Source: Candidatus Nomurabacteria bacterium
GTDB taxonomy: Bacteria; Patescibacteriota; Minisyncoccia; Phycocordibacterales; UBA9973
Direction of reading: 5' to 3'
Length of the DNA: 64,000 nucleotides
Assembly (NCBI GenBank): GCA_052035405.1
Contig: JBPOHQ010000007.1
Location: 12,292-76,291 of the forward strand
The first letter of the stretch is position 1. Each line of letters opens with the position of its first letter. A program made the translations under genes and the position numbers. Below, piece after piece: positions 34,383 to 45,857 of this stretch. The notes under the pieces are model-generated. The model did no database searches. It had not been told where the DNA came from and worked only from the letters and a program-made list of their open reading frames with translations.

Positions 34383-37300
34383 ATGGTAATAAATAAAAAA
34401 CAAAAAGGAAAAAGTAAATCCGTAAGGGCAATTTTGTTGATTGCTCTTTTCTCCTTTGTGTTTGTTTTAAACTCTATTTTCTATACTTTGTCTTTTGCAG
34501 CAGCAGGGGTTCCTCTTATAATAAATTTTCAAGGAAGACTCTTGAACTCTAGTGGTAACCTTTTGGGTGGAGCGTCCGGTACAAACTACTGTTATAAATT
34601 TTCTATTTACGATGCTGCGTCCGGTGGGTCTAAAATATGGCCAGCGGGTAGTCCTTCGACTATGACAATACTCACTCGTGAAGGAGTGTTCGATGCACCA
34701 GTCGGAGACGTTAGTGCAGGAGGGGATGCACTAACTTTAGCTTTCACTGATGACCAAGCTTTTATGAATGTCGAAGTATCTGCTATTGGAGCTGGAAGCT
34801 GTACTTCAGGAGATGAAAGTTTTGAGACTCTTACTCCACGTCAACAAATTGTTTCTTCTGCTTTTGCTATAAATTCAAAAACTGTTGGGGGATTCACTCC
34901 AGCACAATCTGCAACCGGTAGTCAGATACCAGTTCTCACTTCTGGGTCGCTCGTACTCGGAGATACAAATCCAGGGATTAAAGTTATAGGATCTAATACT
35001 CTCACTTTACAAAGTGGTGTTACTGGAGACATTCAGTTTTATAGTTCATCAAATAAAATTACTTCATCTGGTGATTTAACGATAGCAGGACTTGCAACTA
35101 CTGTCGGACTTACTTCTACTGGTAATGTTTCTATTACTTCTTCCAACACAACTCAAAATACCACATCATCTGCTCTTGCTGTGAACTTAAATTCACTTAC
35201 TTCCGGTACCGGAATATACGCAGCTTCTTCCTCTTTGACTTCCGGTTCACTGATGAATTTATCAATTACAGGTACAGGAGCACAAACAGGACAAAAGGGT
35301 TTAAATATTTCTCTGCAGGGTGCCAATGCTGTAGCAGGTCGAACCACTTATGGAGCGTATATTTCAAATGCTCATACAGGAACTTCGGTAAATATTAGTA
35401 CGTACTCTACGGCTAGTGGTGGTGCATTCAATGTGGGAGGGTATTTTGATTCTGCCGGTTCTGGAGCAACTAATACAGGTATTTATGCTTCAGCTTCAGG
35501 TGGTACAAATAATTACGCAGCTATTTTTGAAAATGGGAACGTGGGTATTGGAACTACTGCACCAACAAAAGCTCTGAGCATAGAAGGTGCGATGAATTTC
35601 TTAACATCCGGTGTTTCTCGTGGAATTGTTGGTCCGCCTACGTGGGACACTTCTTATGTAGCTATTCAAAATGGAACCTTAGCAGAAAGTACCTCTAATA
35701 CGGCTTTAGCTCAAAATGTATCTGGTGATACTATACTAAATGCCGCTACTGGTAGAACGCTTTACTTAAGGATAGGTAATGCTTCTTCTATGACATTGCT
35801 ATCTGGTGGTAATGTTGGTGTAGGGACAACAGCTCCAGATAAAGCTTTAGAAATCAATTCATCCACGGGTGCGAATTTACGTTTGACTTACAATGACTCA
35901 AATGGTTCTGCTACGAACTATGCAGATTTGCAAACTACAAGTGCTGGATATCTCACCGTAATTCCAAGTGGTGGACAGACAGATATAGGCACTAGAGCTG
36001 GAAGTGACGTGACGTACGGAACCTTAAATGTTTTTACCCCAGATGGAGCAACTAGGGGAATAAAGATAACTACAGGTGCAACATCTATTACTCAATCTCC
36101 GTTTAGCATCTATGATTCAGCCGGTTCTCTAAAAGCATCTATTGATACTTCATGGCGATGGAATTCTGTTGCAGGATTCGTTGCTCCAACTTTCTATACA
36201 GATACATGGCAGCCTTATACGGGTTCTGTTGACTTTAATATTAACCCACCTTCCACAAAAAATGTTAATTTAAATGTTGCAGGTGGAGGTCAGGTAGTAG
36301 TAACAGGTGGTATGAAAATTGGAACAACAACAGCTGCCTCTACCATTGTTGCAGCAAACACCACAGGTGGATCAAGTAATCCAGGAATTATTTTTGATAC
36401 AGCAGGGAATTACTGGGCAAACAGTCAACAGATATATTCTTTCCGAGAAAATGGAACAGAATTTTTCTCTATTGATGGTATCGGAAATATAAAAGCTCCA
36501 GCAGGAAATTTTACAACTTCAAGCACTACCCCAGAATCCGGAACCGACTCTTTCATTGGTCATGGTATGCGTCGTGCAAATACTGCTGCTGGATTTAATT
36601 TCGCATGGGGCGAATCAATAGTGTCGACCACTGAGCCAGGAATAGACTTATTCCCGATAGGTAGTAGTCATATAACAAATGGAATTCTTTTTAGATTATC
36701 TAAAGACAGTGCACGCACTGACGTGGCTTTACAAATAAATGGAGATGGAGGCATAGGGGTAAACACTACTCCGACTTCAGATTATTTATTTAATATAAAT
36801 GGTAATACTACAAATGATAACAGTAGAATATTAAATATAACTCAAGCAAACAATTCAGATGAAGACAGTAGTTCTATATATATAACAGCCACCCCAACAT
36901 TAGGATCAATAGCAGCTGAGCGCACTGTGAGAGGATCTTATCTGAGTTTGACTCCAAGCTTAACCATTGCTGGGGGTGGTATTTCTGGTAATGTTTTTGG
37001 TGCAGAAACTGCTATAGATTTATCTTCTGTTACTTTAGGAAATACAACGGGTGGTATAAATTCTGTGAATTATGGTAGCAGTGTGAACATTACAGGTACT
37101 CCAGTACTTAATGACACTCTTGCTGGTGATGACACTTTTCTAAGTGTATACGGTGCCTCTACAAATGTTCAAGTTTCTCCTACGTTAACAAATATTGGAA
37201 ATGCTGAGTTTCTAAGTTATGGAGCTTCTTTTAATAATGCTTCTAGTTCGCTTGGGAATGCAAATTTGTTAAGTCAAGCAACCGGTATTTATGTTTCTTC

Positions 37301-40300
37301 TGCCGGAGCCTTAACAACAACTGGAACGACATCACATTATGGTGCACAAATTACTGCAGGGGGTACTGCAGATACAAATTATGGATTATATGTTAGTAGT
37401 TCTGGAGCCACTACAAATTATGCTGCGATATTTGCATTAGGCAATGTAGGTATAGGTGATGTGGACCCGGCATCACTCTTTACAGTAGGTGCAGGGGATT
37501 TATTCCAAGTAAATAGTAGTGGTGCCATAGCTGCAGCGACAGGAGTTACTTCATCTGGTACCATTACATTCTCTGGACTTGGAGGAGGTGGATCACAGTG
37601 TGTTCTTACAGACAACTCAGGAATACTTTCTGCTGGTAGTTGTGGAGGTGGAGGAGCAACTTTGGACAGTGCTTATACAGCAGGTAATACAATAGGTACA
37701 GACAGTGGTAATAATGTAATTATAAACTTAGCCGAGGTGGCAACTCCGACAGAGTTTGTGATAAATAATCTAGATACAGCTGGAGTCAATGCAGTGCAGA
37801 TAGACAATGGTATAGCTTCAGGAACACTGACAAATGGACTTTTGTTAGAGCAGTCTGGTGCAGGCACTATGACTTCCGCTATTCAGATAACTGAGACAAC
37901 AGGCACTATCACAAATGGTATTTCTGTTACTGGAACTCTTACAAATATTTTAAATACCCCTACTCTTGATATTACAGGAGCAGGAGCGATAACAGGAGTG
38001 ACTGGTATATCAGGAGGTGATGTAGTAATAGATTTTAATGATTTTGTTGTAGACGTAGAAGGTTTTACTGTTATTGCACCAGACGCTACGGGAGATGCAT
38101 TGAGTATTATCTTTGGTGCAGCTACTGATTTGCAAGCAATTGTGATAGATGCTGCAACAAATGCGTCTACTCAGACAGAAGGGTTAATACAAATAACTTC
38201 AGATACTTCTACTGACACAGCTATTGCTGGAGTAGGACTCACTTTAGTGGCTGTTGATGATGATGCTGCAGATATACTTTATGGTCACCGTACAGATATA
38301 ACAATCCAAGAAGATACTACAGACAAGGATACAGTATATGGAAACTACGTAGGATTTACTCAAAATGATCCAAACTCAACAGGGTATGGATTTGCTGTTA
38401 TAGCAGAAGATGCTGGTACTTCACCTCTTGCTGTAGGTCTGCTTATTCAAAATCTCCAAGCCACTGATATAGACATAACAGATGGTATTTTGATACAAGC
38501 TACTACAAATGATTCTATTTTAGATGCTATAGATGTATCAGATGCAGAGATCACGAACGCTATAAACATAGGCACGAATTTACTTGTAGCATCTGGAGAC
38601 TCTATCAATGACTTCACTGGCAATGGCTTAGTTGTATCTTCAAATGCTCTTACTGTAGACACCACTCTTGGAGCTGATGGGCTTTCTGCTACGACTTCAT
38701 CTGGTTCAGGACTTGAAACATTGGCGACAGGAGTAGCATTACTCCAAGGTTGTGCACATGATGAAGTTTTGAAATGGAACGAAACTTCAGACGTTTGGGC
38801 TTGTGGGAAAGACAATGATTTAATTACTTTGTCTTGGGCTGAAACAAATTTGACTGCTTCACAAACTGCTCTACAAATGGACAGACCAAACGCTACTAAC
38901 TTAAACACAACTACCTCTGAGGCATACATGCCTTATGCTGGAAGTATCGTTGGTATAGAAGTCGGAGGTAGTGCTGCTCGTACTGCTGGTACTGCTACTT
39001 TTGAAGTATATAAAAATGGTGCTGCTACAGGATTAACTGCTGTTATAAATGGAACAAATACTCAATACGTAAGAACTACTCAAGTTCCAGGGACTGATAC
39101 TTTTGCAGCAGGAGATTATATAGATGTGAGAGAGACTACTACAGGAACCTTTGCTCCTACTACTTCTGAATACGTAGCTACTGTGTGGCTAGAGATAAAC
39201 GAAGGAGCTGACTTAGCAGAGTTATACAATATAGAAGATGTCAGTATTGAGTCAGGTGATGTTGTTGCAATACACCCATTCCTTGAAAATGGCATAATGA
39301 AAAGTAATAAAGCGTATCAGAAAGAAATTTATGGAGTAATTGCAACCAGACCGGGGGTTATTTTAGGTCAAAAAGAAATAGGAGACATAAGCATGTCTCG
39401 TGCGGTTGCTCTAGCTGGACGTGTGCCAGTCAAGGTAACTAATTCAAATGGTGTTATTAAAAAAGGTGATTATCTTACAAGTTCAGACATACCAGGAGTT
39501 GCAATGAAATTGACTAAAAATGGTATGTCTATTGGTATTGCCATGGAAGATTTTTATGGAGATGATGTTGGTAAAATAAATATGTATGTTAAAAATGGAG
39601 TAGTAAATGGTGATACAGAAAGTGTATTAGAAAATTTAGAAGGTTTGTCAGGAATAGAAACAAATAAAATAACCCTAAAGGGGCTGAATAGTATAGAACT
39701 AACATCAGAAAGTATAAGTGCACTTTCTAGTGCGATAGATTCTCTCAAATTTGAGAATTCAAAACAAGCAGATGATGTAATTATGCTTAATAACAAGAAC
39801 GAATCATTTGAAAATAAAATAATAAATATAGAGTCTGCTATGAGTTTAGGCATGTTTGAAAATAAAAATAATCTTAATTTAGAAACGTTAGTGGTGGGAG
39901 GGGAGGTACAGTTTAATGGACTAACATTCTTTAACTCAAGTACGGTGTTTAATCGAAATGTTACATTTGGTAATGTTGTAGAATTTACAACTCCACCACT
40001 TTTCAACAAAGACACAGCCGGTTTTGCGGTAATAAAAGCAGGAAGTAAAAAAGTGGAAGTAGTTTTCGAAAATCCGTATATAGCTCAGCCTGTAGTGAAT
40101 GCGTCTATTTCTTTAGAGGATTCAGTTAATCCCGCTACAGAGACTACCCCAGAAGTAGTGAATACTATGACAGACGAACAAGTTGAAGAATTTTTTAGCC
40201 AAAATATAGAGTACTTGATTACAAATAAAACTGAGAAAGGTTTTGTAATTAGAATAAATAAAGTAATTACAGAAGACGTACTATTCTCATGGTCAGCTTT

Positions 40301-40640
40301 TGCCGTAAAAGATCCAAAGATTTTTGAAAGTGTGTTGCCAGGACTTGTAATCGAGCAAGTTATTGAAGAAAATGAACCTACTCCTTCAAAGGTCATTCCA
40401 ACTCAAAACTCAACACCAGATGAAGCAATAATAGAAGAAACATCAGTATCCGAAGAAACAAATGAGACTATCGGTGCTCCAGAAGTTTTTGATACAGCAG
40501 AAACACCAGAACCTTCAACAGTTACAGATACACAAGAAAATCTAAATGCACAGGTGACAGAAGTTCCTGCAGTGTCTACTTTCAAAGAGACAAGAGCAGT
40601 AGAAATGAGTAATGCACCAGAGACTTTGATTGCGGAGTAG
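34383..40640 (+). CDS. Giant (2085-aa) membrane-anchored tail-fibre-like surface protein with an internal peptidase-S74 intramolecular-chaperone (IMC) domain
   Basis: N-terminal transmembrane helix; recurring [14 protein letters not shown](S/E)I motifs (fibre-type repeats); IMC domain [23 protein letters not shown]...[12 protein letters not shown] at 39201-39600; a further ~340 aa follow. Confidence 0.8.
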   Translation: MVINKKQKGKSKSVRAILLIALFSFVFVLNSIFYTLSFAAAGVPLIINFQGRLLNSSGNLLGGASGTNYCYKFSIYDAASGGSKIWPAGSPSTMTILTREGVFDAPVGDVSAGGDALTLAFTDDQAFMNVEVSAIGAGSCTSGDESFETLTPRQQIVSSAFAINSKTVGGFTPAQSATGSQIPVLTSGSLVLGDTNPGIKVIGSNTLTLQSGVTGDIQFYSSSNKITSSGDLTIAGLATTVGLTSTGNVSITSSNTTQNTTSSALAVNLNSLTSGTGIYAASSSLTSGSLMNLSITGTGAQTGQKGLNISLQGANAVAGRTTYGAYISNAHTGTSVNISTYSTASGGAFNVGGYFDSAGSGATNTGIYASASGGTNNYAAIFENGNVGIGTTAPTKALSIEGAMNFLTSGVSRGIVGPPTWDTSYVAIQNGTLAESTSNTALAQNVSGDTILNAATGRTLYLRIGNASSMTLLSGGNVGVGTTAPDKALEINSSTGANLRLTYNDSNGSATNYADLQTTSAGYLTVIPSGGQTDIGTRAGSDVTYGTLNVFTPDGATRGIKITTGATSITQSPFSIYDSAGSLKASIDTSWRWNSVAGFVAPTFYTDTWQPYTGSVDFNINPPSTKNVNLNVAGGGQVVVTGGMKIGTTTAASTIVAANTTGGSSNPGIIFDTAGNYWANSQQIYSFRENGTEFFSIDGIGNIKAPAGNFTTSSTTPESGTDSFIGHGMRRANTAAGFNFAWGESIVSTTEPGIDLFPIGSSHITNGILFRLSKDSARTDVALQINGDGGIGVNTTPTSDYLFNINGNTTNDNSRILNITQANNSDEDSSSIYITATPTLGSIAAERTVRGSYLSLTPSLTIAGGGISGNVFGAETAIDLSSVTLGNTTGGINSVNYGSSVNITGTPVLNDTLAGDDTFLSVYGASTNVQVSPTLTNIGNAEFLSYGASFNNASSSLGNANLLSQATGIYVSSAGALTTTGTTSHYGAQITAGGTADTNYGLYVSSSGATTNYAAIFALGNVGIGDVDPASLFTVGAGDLFQVNSSGAIAAATGVTSSGTITFSGLGGGGSQCVLTDNSGILSAGSCGGGGATLDSAYTAGNTIGTDSGNNVIINLAEVATPTEFVINNLDTAGVNAVQIDNGIASGTLTNGLLLEQSGAGTMTSAIQITETTGTITNGISVTGTLTNILNTPTLDITGAGAITGVTGISGGDVVIDFNDFVVDVEGFTVIAPDATGDALSIIFGAATDLQAIVIDAATNASTQTEGLIQITSDTSTDTAIAGVGLTLVAVDDDAADILYGHRTDITIQEDTTDKDTVYGNYVGFTQNDPNSTGYGFAVIAEDAGTSPLAVGLLIQNLQATDIDITDGILIQATTNDSILDAIDVSDAEITNAINIGTNLLVASGDSINDFTGNGLVVSSNALTVDTTLGADGLSATTSSGSGLETLATGVALLQGCAHDEVLKWNETSDVWACGKDNDLITLSWAETNLTASQTALQMDRPNATNLNTTTSEAYMPYAGSIVGIEVGGSAARTAGTATFEVYKNGAATGLTAVINGTNTQYVRTTQVPGTDTFAAGDYIDVRETTTGTFAPTTSEYVATVWLEINEGADLAELYNIEDVSIESGDVVAIHPFLENGIMKSNKAYQKEIYGVIATRPGVILGQKEIGDISMSRAVALAGRVPVKVTNSNGVIKKGDYLTSSDIPGVAMKLTKNGMSIGIAMEDFYGDDVGKINMYVKNGVVNGDTESVLENLEGLSGIETNKITLKGLNSIELTSESISALSSAIDSLKFENSKQADDVIMLNNKNESFENKIINIESAMSLGMFENKNNLNLETLVVGGEVQFNGLTFFNSSTVFNRNVTFGNVVEFTTPPLFNKDTAGFAVIKAGSKKVEVVFENPYIAQPVVNASISLEDSVNPATETTPEVVNTMTDEQVEEFFSQNIEYLITNKTEKGFVIRINKVITEDVLFSWSAFAVKDPKIFESVLPGLVIEQVIEENEPTPSKVIPTQNSTPDEAIIEETSVSEETNETIGAPEVFDTAETPEPSTVTDTQENLNAQVTEVPAVSTFKETRAVEMSNAPETLIAE
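39201..39600 (+). other. Peptidase S74 / 'chaperone of endosialidase' intramolecular-chaperone domain (internal)
   Basis: DLAELY...GDVVAIH...[13 protein letters not shown]...GRVPVKV pattern. Confidence 0.65.
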
Positions 40641-40682
40641 TATCCTTTGAGATATAATTCTAAACGTAGTTAAATCACATTT

Positions 40683-41096
40683 ATGTTAAGAAAAAAATCA
40701 TTTAGAATTCTGTTGTTATTAGTTACTTTAGGAGCGATAGGCCTTGCAGGGTATTTTTATTATGAACTCAATAATCTTAAAAATAATCCTCAATCAATAA
40801 CTAAGAAAGAGGTTTCAGACCTTGTGGATAAAGTTTCTCGATTAGTTTTGTTACCCGAGAAAGAGATACCCACAGTAGCCACTGTGTCAGATTTAGAAAA
40901 ACTCAAAGATCAAAAGTTTTTTGCTAAAGCTCAAAAAGGAGACAAGGTACTCATCTATGCAGAAGCAAAGAAAGCATATTTATATTCTGTAACAAAAGAC
41001 AGAGTTATAGATATTGCACCCCTCAATTTAGGAAACAAAAAAGAATCAAATACAGAAATACAAAATAGTAATGACAGTAGTCTTATTATAGAGTAG
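40683..41096 (+). CDS. Small membrane-anchored protein, paralogue 1
   Basis: N-terminal transmembrane helix; PTVATVSDLEKLKDQKFFAKAQKGDKVLIY closely matches the next ORF. Confidence 0.5.
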   Translation: MLRKKSFRILLLLVTLGAIGLAGYFYYELNNLKNNPQSITKKEVSDLVDKVSRLVLLPEKEIPTVATVSDLEKLKDQKFFAKAQKGDKVLIYAEAKKAYLYSVTKDRVIDIAPLNLGNKKESNTEIQNSNDSSLIIE

Positions 41097-41130
41097 TTTT
41101 ATTTGGTTAATATTCTAGTCTCTTGCTATA

Positions 41131-41547
41131 ATGGGCTACATGGCATACTTAAATTTTTATCTAAAAAAGAGAAATATTCATATGTTTGTTTTTTTGATAC
41201 TTTTAGTATTGGGTATTTTCTTTTTCAAAAATAAATTAAGTCTCGTTGGTCAGAGCACAGATAACAAGACAGTAAGTGAAAGTAAAATGTTAGCAAGAAA
41301 GGTGGGCAAGATAATGTTTGTGCCGAAGGATGAAGACCCTACCATAGCTACAGTTACAAATCCAGAAAACTTAAGAGGACAATCTTTTTTTGTGGATGCA
41401 AAAGTGGGTGATAAAGTTTTAATCTATAAAAATGCGAAAAAAGCTATTTTATATGATCCAATAGCTGATAAGATTATCACTATTGCACCACTTATCCTAG
41501 GTGAGCAAGATTCTACCGGATTAAATACTCCTGTATTTAAGTATTAA
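41131..41547 (+). CDS. Small membrane-anchored protein, paralogue 2
   Basis: PTIATVTNPENLRGQSFFVDAKVGDKVLIY; same architecture as 40683-41096. Confidence 0.5.
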   Translation: MGYMAYLNFYLKKRNIHMFVFLILLVLGIFFFKNKLSLVGQSTDNKTVSESKMLARKVGKIMFVPKDEDPTIATVTNPENLRGQSFFVDAKVGDKVLIYKNAKKAILYDPIADKIITIAPLILGEQDSTGLNTPVFKY

Positions 41548-41563
41548 TTTCTAAAATGGTCAG

Positions 41564-42586
41564 ATGAGAAATATTTTTAAAATTAAAAAATTAAACATTT
41601 TAAAGACGACCCTATATTTCTTTTATATTTCTTTTATATTTCTTTATTTTTTTTCTAATGGTCATGCTGTTGATTTAACTAGTACTAATTTTATCGTTCG
41701 AGATCCAATTATAGGTACTGGTGGAGACTATGGTACTTCTAGTAGCTTTAAATTATATTCAGCAGGTAACACCCTTCTCTCTGGTGTAGGTTCTTCCGCT
41801 ACCTATATAGGACATTATGGTTTTTTATACTATCCTTTTATAACTTTAGGTACTTTGTCTGCTGTAGCTTCTGGGGCTGATGCAAACCTTTCTTGGCCAG
41901 TATCTGCTGCAGGTCAAGGCTGGACAGTATCCGGATATAATACTGGTAAAGCTGCAGTTTCTGGCGGGCCATATACATATACTTCAGTAGGTAACGTAAC
42001 AAGCTATTCATATACTGGACTGACTCCAGGAAATTATTGTTTTGTTTTGCAGACATTGGATGGTCTCGGAAATGTAATTGGTACTTCAAATGAGTCTTGT
42101 ATAACCATACGTCCTACCCTTACTTTTTCGATACCTACTACAAGTGTAAATTTTGGTACCCTTTCATCTACTGGTCCAAGATATGCAAATGCAACGACGG
42201 GTAGTGCTACTGATGTGGTTGCTCACACTATGCAGGCTAGTAGTAATGCTTCTTCAGGATACGTCATTACCTACAAAGGTCCTACATTAACTTTCGGTAC
42301 ACATACGATAAATGTTGCTTCTAGTGTTTCTGGAGATGGTTCGGCGGGCACAGAACAATTTGGTATGTCTTTGTCTACCACCGGGTCAGCTACCATACCA
42401 GCAGCATATCAACAATCAGGACCAACTAGAACTTTCGTAGACAACACTACTACGAGCATAGCTAGCACCTCAGGGATTACTTCGACAGAGACATTTAGCA
42501 ATCATTACTTAGCAAACATTTCACCTGTTACAGAAGCAGGACCCTACTCTACCACAATAACTTTCATTGCCACAGGAACTTATTAG
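41564..42586 (+). CDS. Secreted Thr/Ser/Gly-rich beta-rich protein (adhesin/fibre-subunit-like), C-terminus ...TITFIATGTY
   Basis: Signal peptide; shared C-terminal motif with the next ORF. Confidence 0.45.
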   Translation: MRNIFKIKKLNILKTTLYFFYISFIFLYFFSNGHAVDLTSTNFIVRDPIIGTGGDYGTSSSFKLYSAGNTLLSGVGSSATYIGHYGFLYYPFITLGTLSAVASGADANLSWPVSAAGQGWTVSGYNTGKAAVSGGPYTYTSVGNVTSYSYTGLTPGNYCFVLQTLDGLGNVIGTSNESCITIRPTLTFSIPTTSVNFGTLSSTGPRYANATTGSATDVVAHTMQASSNASSGYVITYKGPTLTFGTHTINVASSVSGDGSAGTEQFGMSLSTTGSATIPAAYQQSGPTRTFVDNTTTSIASTSGITSTETFSNHYLANISPVTEAGPYSTTITFIATGTY

Positions 42587-42647
42587 TTATCCACATTAAA
42601 AATAATGGTGCAGTTAGTTATTTATTGGTATAATCTAATTAATTTTT

Positions 42648-43892
42648 GTGCAAGTCGCACAATTTTATTGTTTAATAAAATTATTATCAGTTAGTATTAA
42701 AAATATGAAAATTTTAAAAAAAATTACCAGTTTATCACTTATTATGATGTTAATGGTACTAACATCAGGTGTTGTTAATGTTAATAAAGCTTTAGCCGCT
42801 TCTATGACGGCTTCCAAAGATACAGCTACAAGACTAAAAATAAGTACCACAGCTGATCATACTATAGTGACTACTCTCCCTACTGGTGTTGATTTTGATT
42901 CTACGGGTAATACTGATATGTTGCGTTTTGATTTTGCTTCTACCTTCAGTACTTCAGGTACATGGGTCACAGGAGACTTCACATTTAACGATGGTACAGC
43001 TAGAACGGTTCAAGCTGTTGCACAAGGTGCGGGTACCGTAGATTGTACAGTGTCAGCTGGTGTGAACAATGTCTGTGTGGCTATAGACACTACCGGTTTT
43101 GCTTTTTATGTAAAACCTTCTGCTACGTACACAGCATCAGCAACTGCTGCAACTATAACATTTACTATTGATGGAACTACTACTGATGGAACTTTAACAA
43201 ACCCTGCTTCAGCAGGTTCAGCAGCTCTTGATCTTGCAGCTTGCGATGAAGTAGCTTCATGTACAACTTCATTTACTTCTTCTCATACAGCAGCCACCGC
43301 TCTTGGAATTGCAGATGATGATCAGGTTACCGTGACTGCCACAGTGAATTCTTCCCTTACTTTTGACTTAGATGCTAACACTTCTGGAACTGGAGACACG
43401 GTAGCCCCATATACTGTGGCTTTAGGTACTATTACTACTGTAGATACTCGTGTGTCTGGTGCAACAGATTCAGTAAACAGAATAATGATGGATCTAGATA
43501 CTAACGCTGCTTCTGGTGTGGTTGTAACTGTAAAAGATGCAAACGGCACAAACGGTCTTGTCTCTACTTCTGTACCGGCTGATAATATAAACAGTGCTGA
43601 CGGTACTATGGCTGATGGAACAGAAAATTATGGACTTTGCGTTATTTCCGTAACTCAAACCCTTGGTACACTTTCAAAAGCATCTCCATATAACTCAGGA
43701 ACATGTGCTGCTGATTCAGAAACAAATGATATACAGGCTTTAACGACTTCAGGAGAGAACATCGTAAGTTCAGCTGCTCCTATATCAGGTGGACGAGCAC
43801 AAATAGCGGTAAATGCTGCTATAAGTGGTATTACACCTGCTCACTCTGACTATACAGATACCCTAACCTTTATTGCAACTAGTACTTTTTAA
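42648..43892 (+). CDS. Secreted Thr/Ser/Ala-rich protein, paralogous C-terminus ...TLTFIATSTF (probable start at ATG 42706)
   Basis: Signal peptide MKILKKITSLSLIMMLMVL; composition and C-terminal motif like 41564-42586. Confidence 0.45.
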   Translation: MQVAQFYCLIKLLSVSIKNMKILKKITSLSLIMMLMVLTSGVVNVNKALAASMTASKDTATRLKISTTADHTIVTTLPTGVDFDSTGNTDMLRFDFASTFSTSGTWVTGDFTFNDGTARTVQAVAQGAGTVDCTVSAGVNNVCVAIDTTGFAFYVKPSATYTASATAATITFTIDGTTTDGTLTNPASAGSAALDLAACDEVASCTTSFTSSHTAATALGIADDDQVTVTATVNSSLTFDLDANTSGTGDTVAPYTVALGTITTVDTRVSGATDSVNRIMMDLDTNAASGVVVTVKDANGTNGLVSTSVPADNINSADGTMADGTENYGLCVISVTQTLGTLSKASPYNSGTCAADSETNDIQALTTSGENIVSSAAPISGGRAQIAVNAAISGITPAHSDYTDTLTFIATSTF

Positions 43893-43905
43893 ATTTTAAT
43901 CGACT

Positions 43906-44931
43906 TTGATTATAATGAAAAATTATTTAAGTGACAGAAAAATTTCGCTAATAACTTCTCTATTTTTTGCACTATTTATTTTATTCAGTGCTAACCAGGT
44001 GTTTGCTCTTAGCTTATCTCCTGTTAGATTTGAGTTACAAGGTGATCCCGGACAATCTGTATCAGGAGAAATAATCTTAACTAACGAAACTGACTACCCT
44101 CAGACTTTCTATTCTTCTTTCTCAAACTTTGAAGCTCAAGGTGAGTCAGGTAACCCTGCTTTTGTTGTTCCTAAAAATGATTTAGGTACATGGATATCTA
44201 CTTCAGATATTGTTAATCTAGAACCACATGTTACTAAAAATGTTCCGTTCACTATAGATATACCAAAAGATGCTGAGCCAGGAGGTCATTTTGCTGTTAT
44301 CTTTTTTGGAGATACACCCGTAAATAATACTGGTGGTGGTGCAGTATCAGTTGGATCACAAACCGGTGCACTTGTCTTACTTTCTGTTAGTGGAGATGTA
44401 AAACAAGCAGGAGGAATGACAGCTTTCAACTTAAAGAACAATAAGCATTTTTATAATACTTTACCAGTAGATTTTGAATACAAATTTAAAAACGATGGAG
44501 GTGACCGCATTAAACCAGATGGTTTAATTACAGTTAGAAATATAATTTTTTATCCAAAAGTTAAGTTAGATGCTAACCCAAGTGAAGGGAATATACTTCC
44601 TGGAAGTACTCGAAAGTTTGAGATTAGTTGGATAAATTATTCTAGACCAAAAGACTTTACTCCTTCTTCAAATGTTTTTACTAGATATATAGAAATGGTT
44701 AAATATCAATGGCAAAATTTTGCTTTTGGTCCTTACTTTGCAAAAATACATCTTTCTTATGCTGGTTTAAATTTTGGTGACGGTAGTACCTTGTTTTTCT
44801 TTGTATTCCCTTGGCAACTTCTTATATTGATAGCTTTTGTATTAGGTGGATTGTATGTAATTGGAAAGAAAGTTCTCATACGTTACAATGCCCACATTAT
44901 AGAAAAAGCTAAACAAAATATGAAGTTGTAA
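43906..44931 (+). CDS. Cell-surface protein with C-terminal transmembrane anchor, DUF916/DUF3324 (CscA-like) architecture (tentative)
   Basis: Signal peptide; LSLSPVRFEL...PKDAEPGGHFAVIFF; C-terminal helix LLILIAFVLGGLYVIG + KK. Confidence 0.4.
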   Translation: MIIMKNYLSDRKISLITSLFFALFILFSANQVFALSLSPVRFELQGDPGQSVSGEIILTNETDYPQTFYSSFSNFEAQGESGNPAFVVPKNDLGTWISTSDIVNLEPHVTKNVPFTIDIPKDAEPGGHFAVIFFGDTPVNNTGGGAVSVGSQTGALVLLSVSGDVKQAGGMTAFNLKNNKHFYNTLPVDFEYKFKNDGGDRIKPDGLITVRNIIFYPKVKLDANPSEGNILPGSTRKFEISWINYSRPKDFTPSSNVFTRYIEMVKYQWQNFAFGPYFAKIHLSYAGLNFGDGSTLFFFVFPWQLLILIAFVLGGLYVIGKKVLIRYNAHIIEKAKQNMKL

Positions 44932-44942
44932 ACTTTTCTTTA

Positions 44943-45851
44943 ATGAAACATATAATATTCAAAAAGACAATTATTGGTGTTTCGCTATTTTTCTTTTTAA
45001 TTTTTTCTATTTATTCGTATACTTTTGCTTTTGATATAACTTTTAGCGAAGATGTGAGTGTAACAGCACAAGTAGGTTCTATCATTACTTCTCCTAGTGG
45101 AGGGTCTGGATCCGGTTCGGATAATCCTATAATGTTGCCAGAGACAAGTGTGCTCTTTTCTGGTATAGCTTACCCAAATGCCATAGTTACTTTACTTAAA
45201 GATGGAGTAGAAAAAACTAAAGTAACGGCAAACAAAGATGCTTATTTTTCAATAACATTGTTCGAAGAGTATGAGAATAATGCTCTATATACTCTTTTTG
45301 CAAAAGATATAGAAGGCGGGCGTTCATTACTGTTAAATTATCCAATTGTAATTCATACTGGGTACACAACTTATGTTAATGGTATATTGTTTCCCCCTAC
45401 TATAAGTACAGACAAATTAGAAGTTGCATTAGGTGATTATCTGTCCGTGTTCGGATATGCTGCACCAGAAGAAGATATGAAGATTTTTTTTGAAGGACCT
45501 CAAAAAAAATCTTTTGCTTTAAAATCAAATAAATTAGGAAAGTATGCACTTACACTACCTTTATCTGGTTTAGTAAAAGGAGATTATGTTGTTTATGTAA
45601 AATATGAAGCACACACTAGAGTTAGTAAATTGATTAGATTCGTAATTGGAGAAAAGAATGTTCTAAATACAAAAGAAATTACTGATATACCAGGGGATTG
45701 TAACGCAGATAGAGCCATAAATCTTACAGATCTTTCTATCTTATCTTTTTGGTATAAAAGATTAAATCCACCTAAGTGTGTAGACGTAAACGCAGATAAA
45801 TTGATAGATTTAGTAGACTTCTCTATAGTAGCTTTTTATTGGACAGGATAA
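44943..45851 (+). CDS. Dockerin-containing surface protein (N-terminal anchor/signal, C-terminal type-I dockerin pair)
   Basis: DCNADRAINLTDLSIL and DVNADKLIDLVDFSIV give two D-x-N-x-D-x-x-I-(N/D)-x-x-D calcium-binding repeats (45685-45848). Confidence 0.6.
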   Translation: MKHIIFKKTIIGVSLFFFLIFSIYSYTFAFDITFSEDVSVTAQVGSIITSPSGGSGSGSDNPIMLPETSVLFSGIAYPNAIVTLLKDGVEKTKVTANKDAYFSITLFEEYENNALYTLFAKDIEGGRSLLLNYPIVIHTGYTTYVNGILFPPTISTDKLEVALGDYLSVFGYAAPEEDMKIFFEGPQKKSFALKSNKLGKYALTLPLSGLVKGDYVVYVKYEAHTRVSKLIRFVIGEKNVLNTKEITDIPGDCNADRAINLTDLSILSFWYKRLNPPKCVDVNADKLIDLVDFSIVAFYWTG

Positions 45852-45857
45852 TTACAT

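Noticed and set aside
35153-40585. Short minus-strand ORFs inside 34383-40640
   Set aside because: Antisense frames of a continuous 2085-aa gene.
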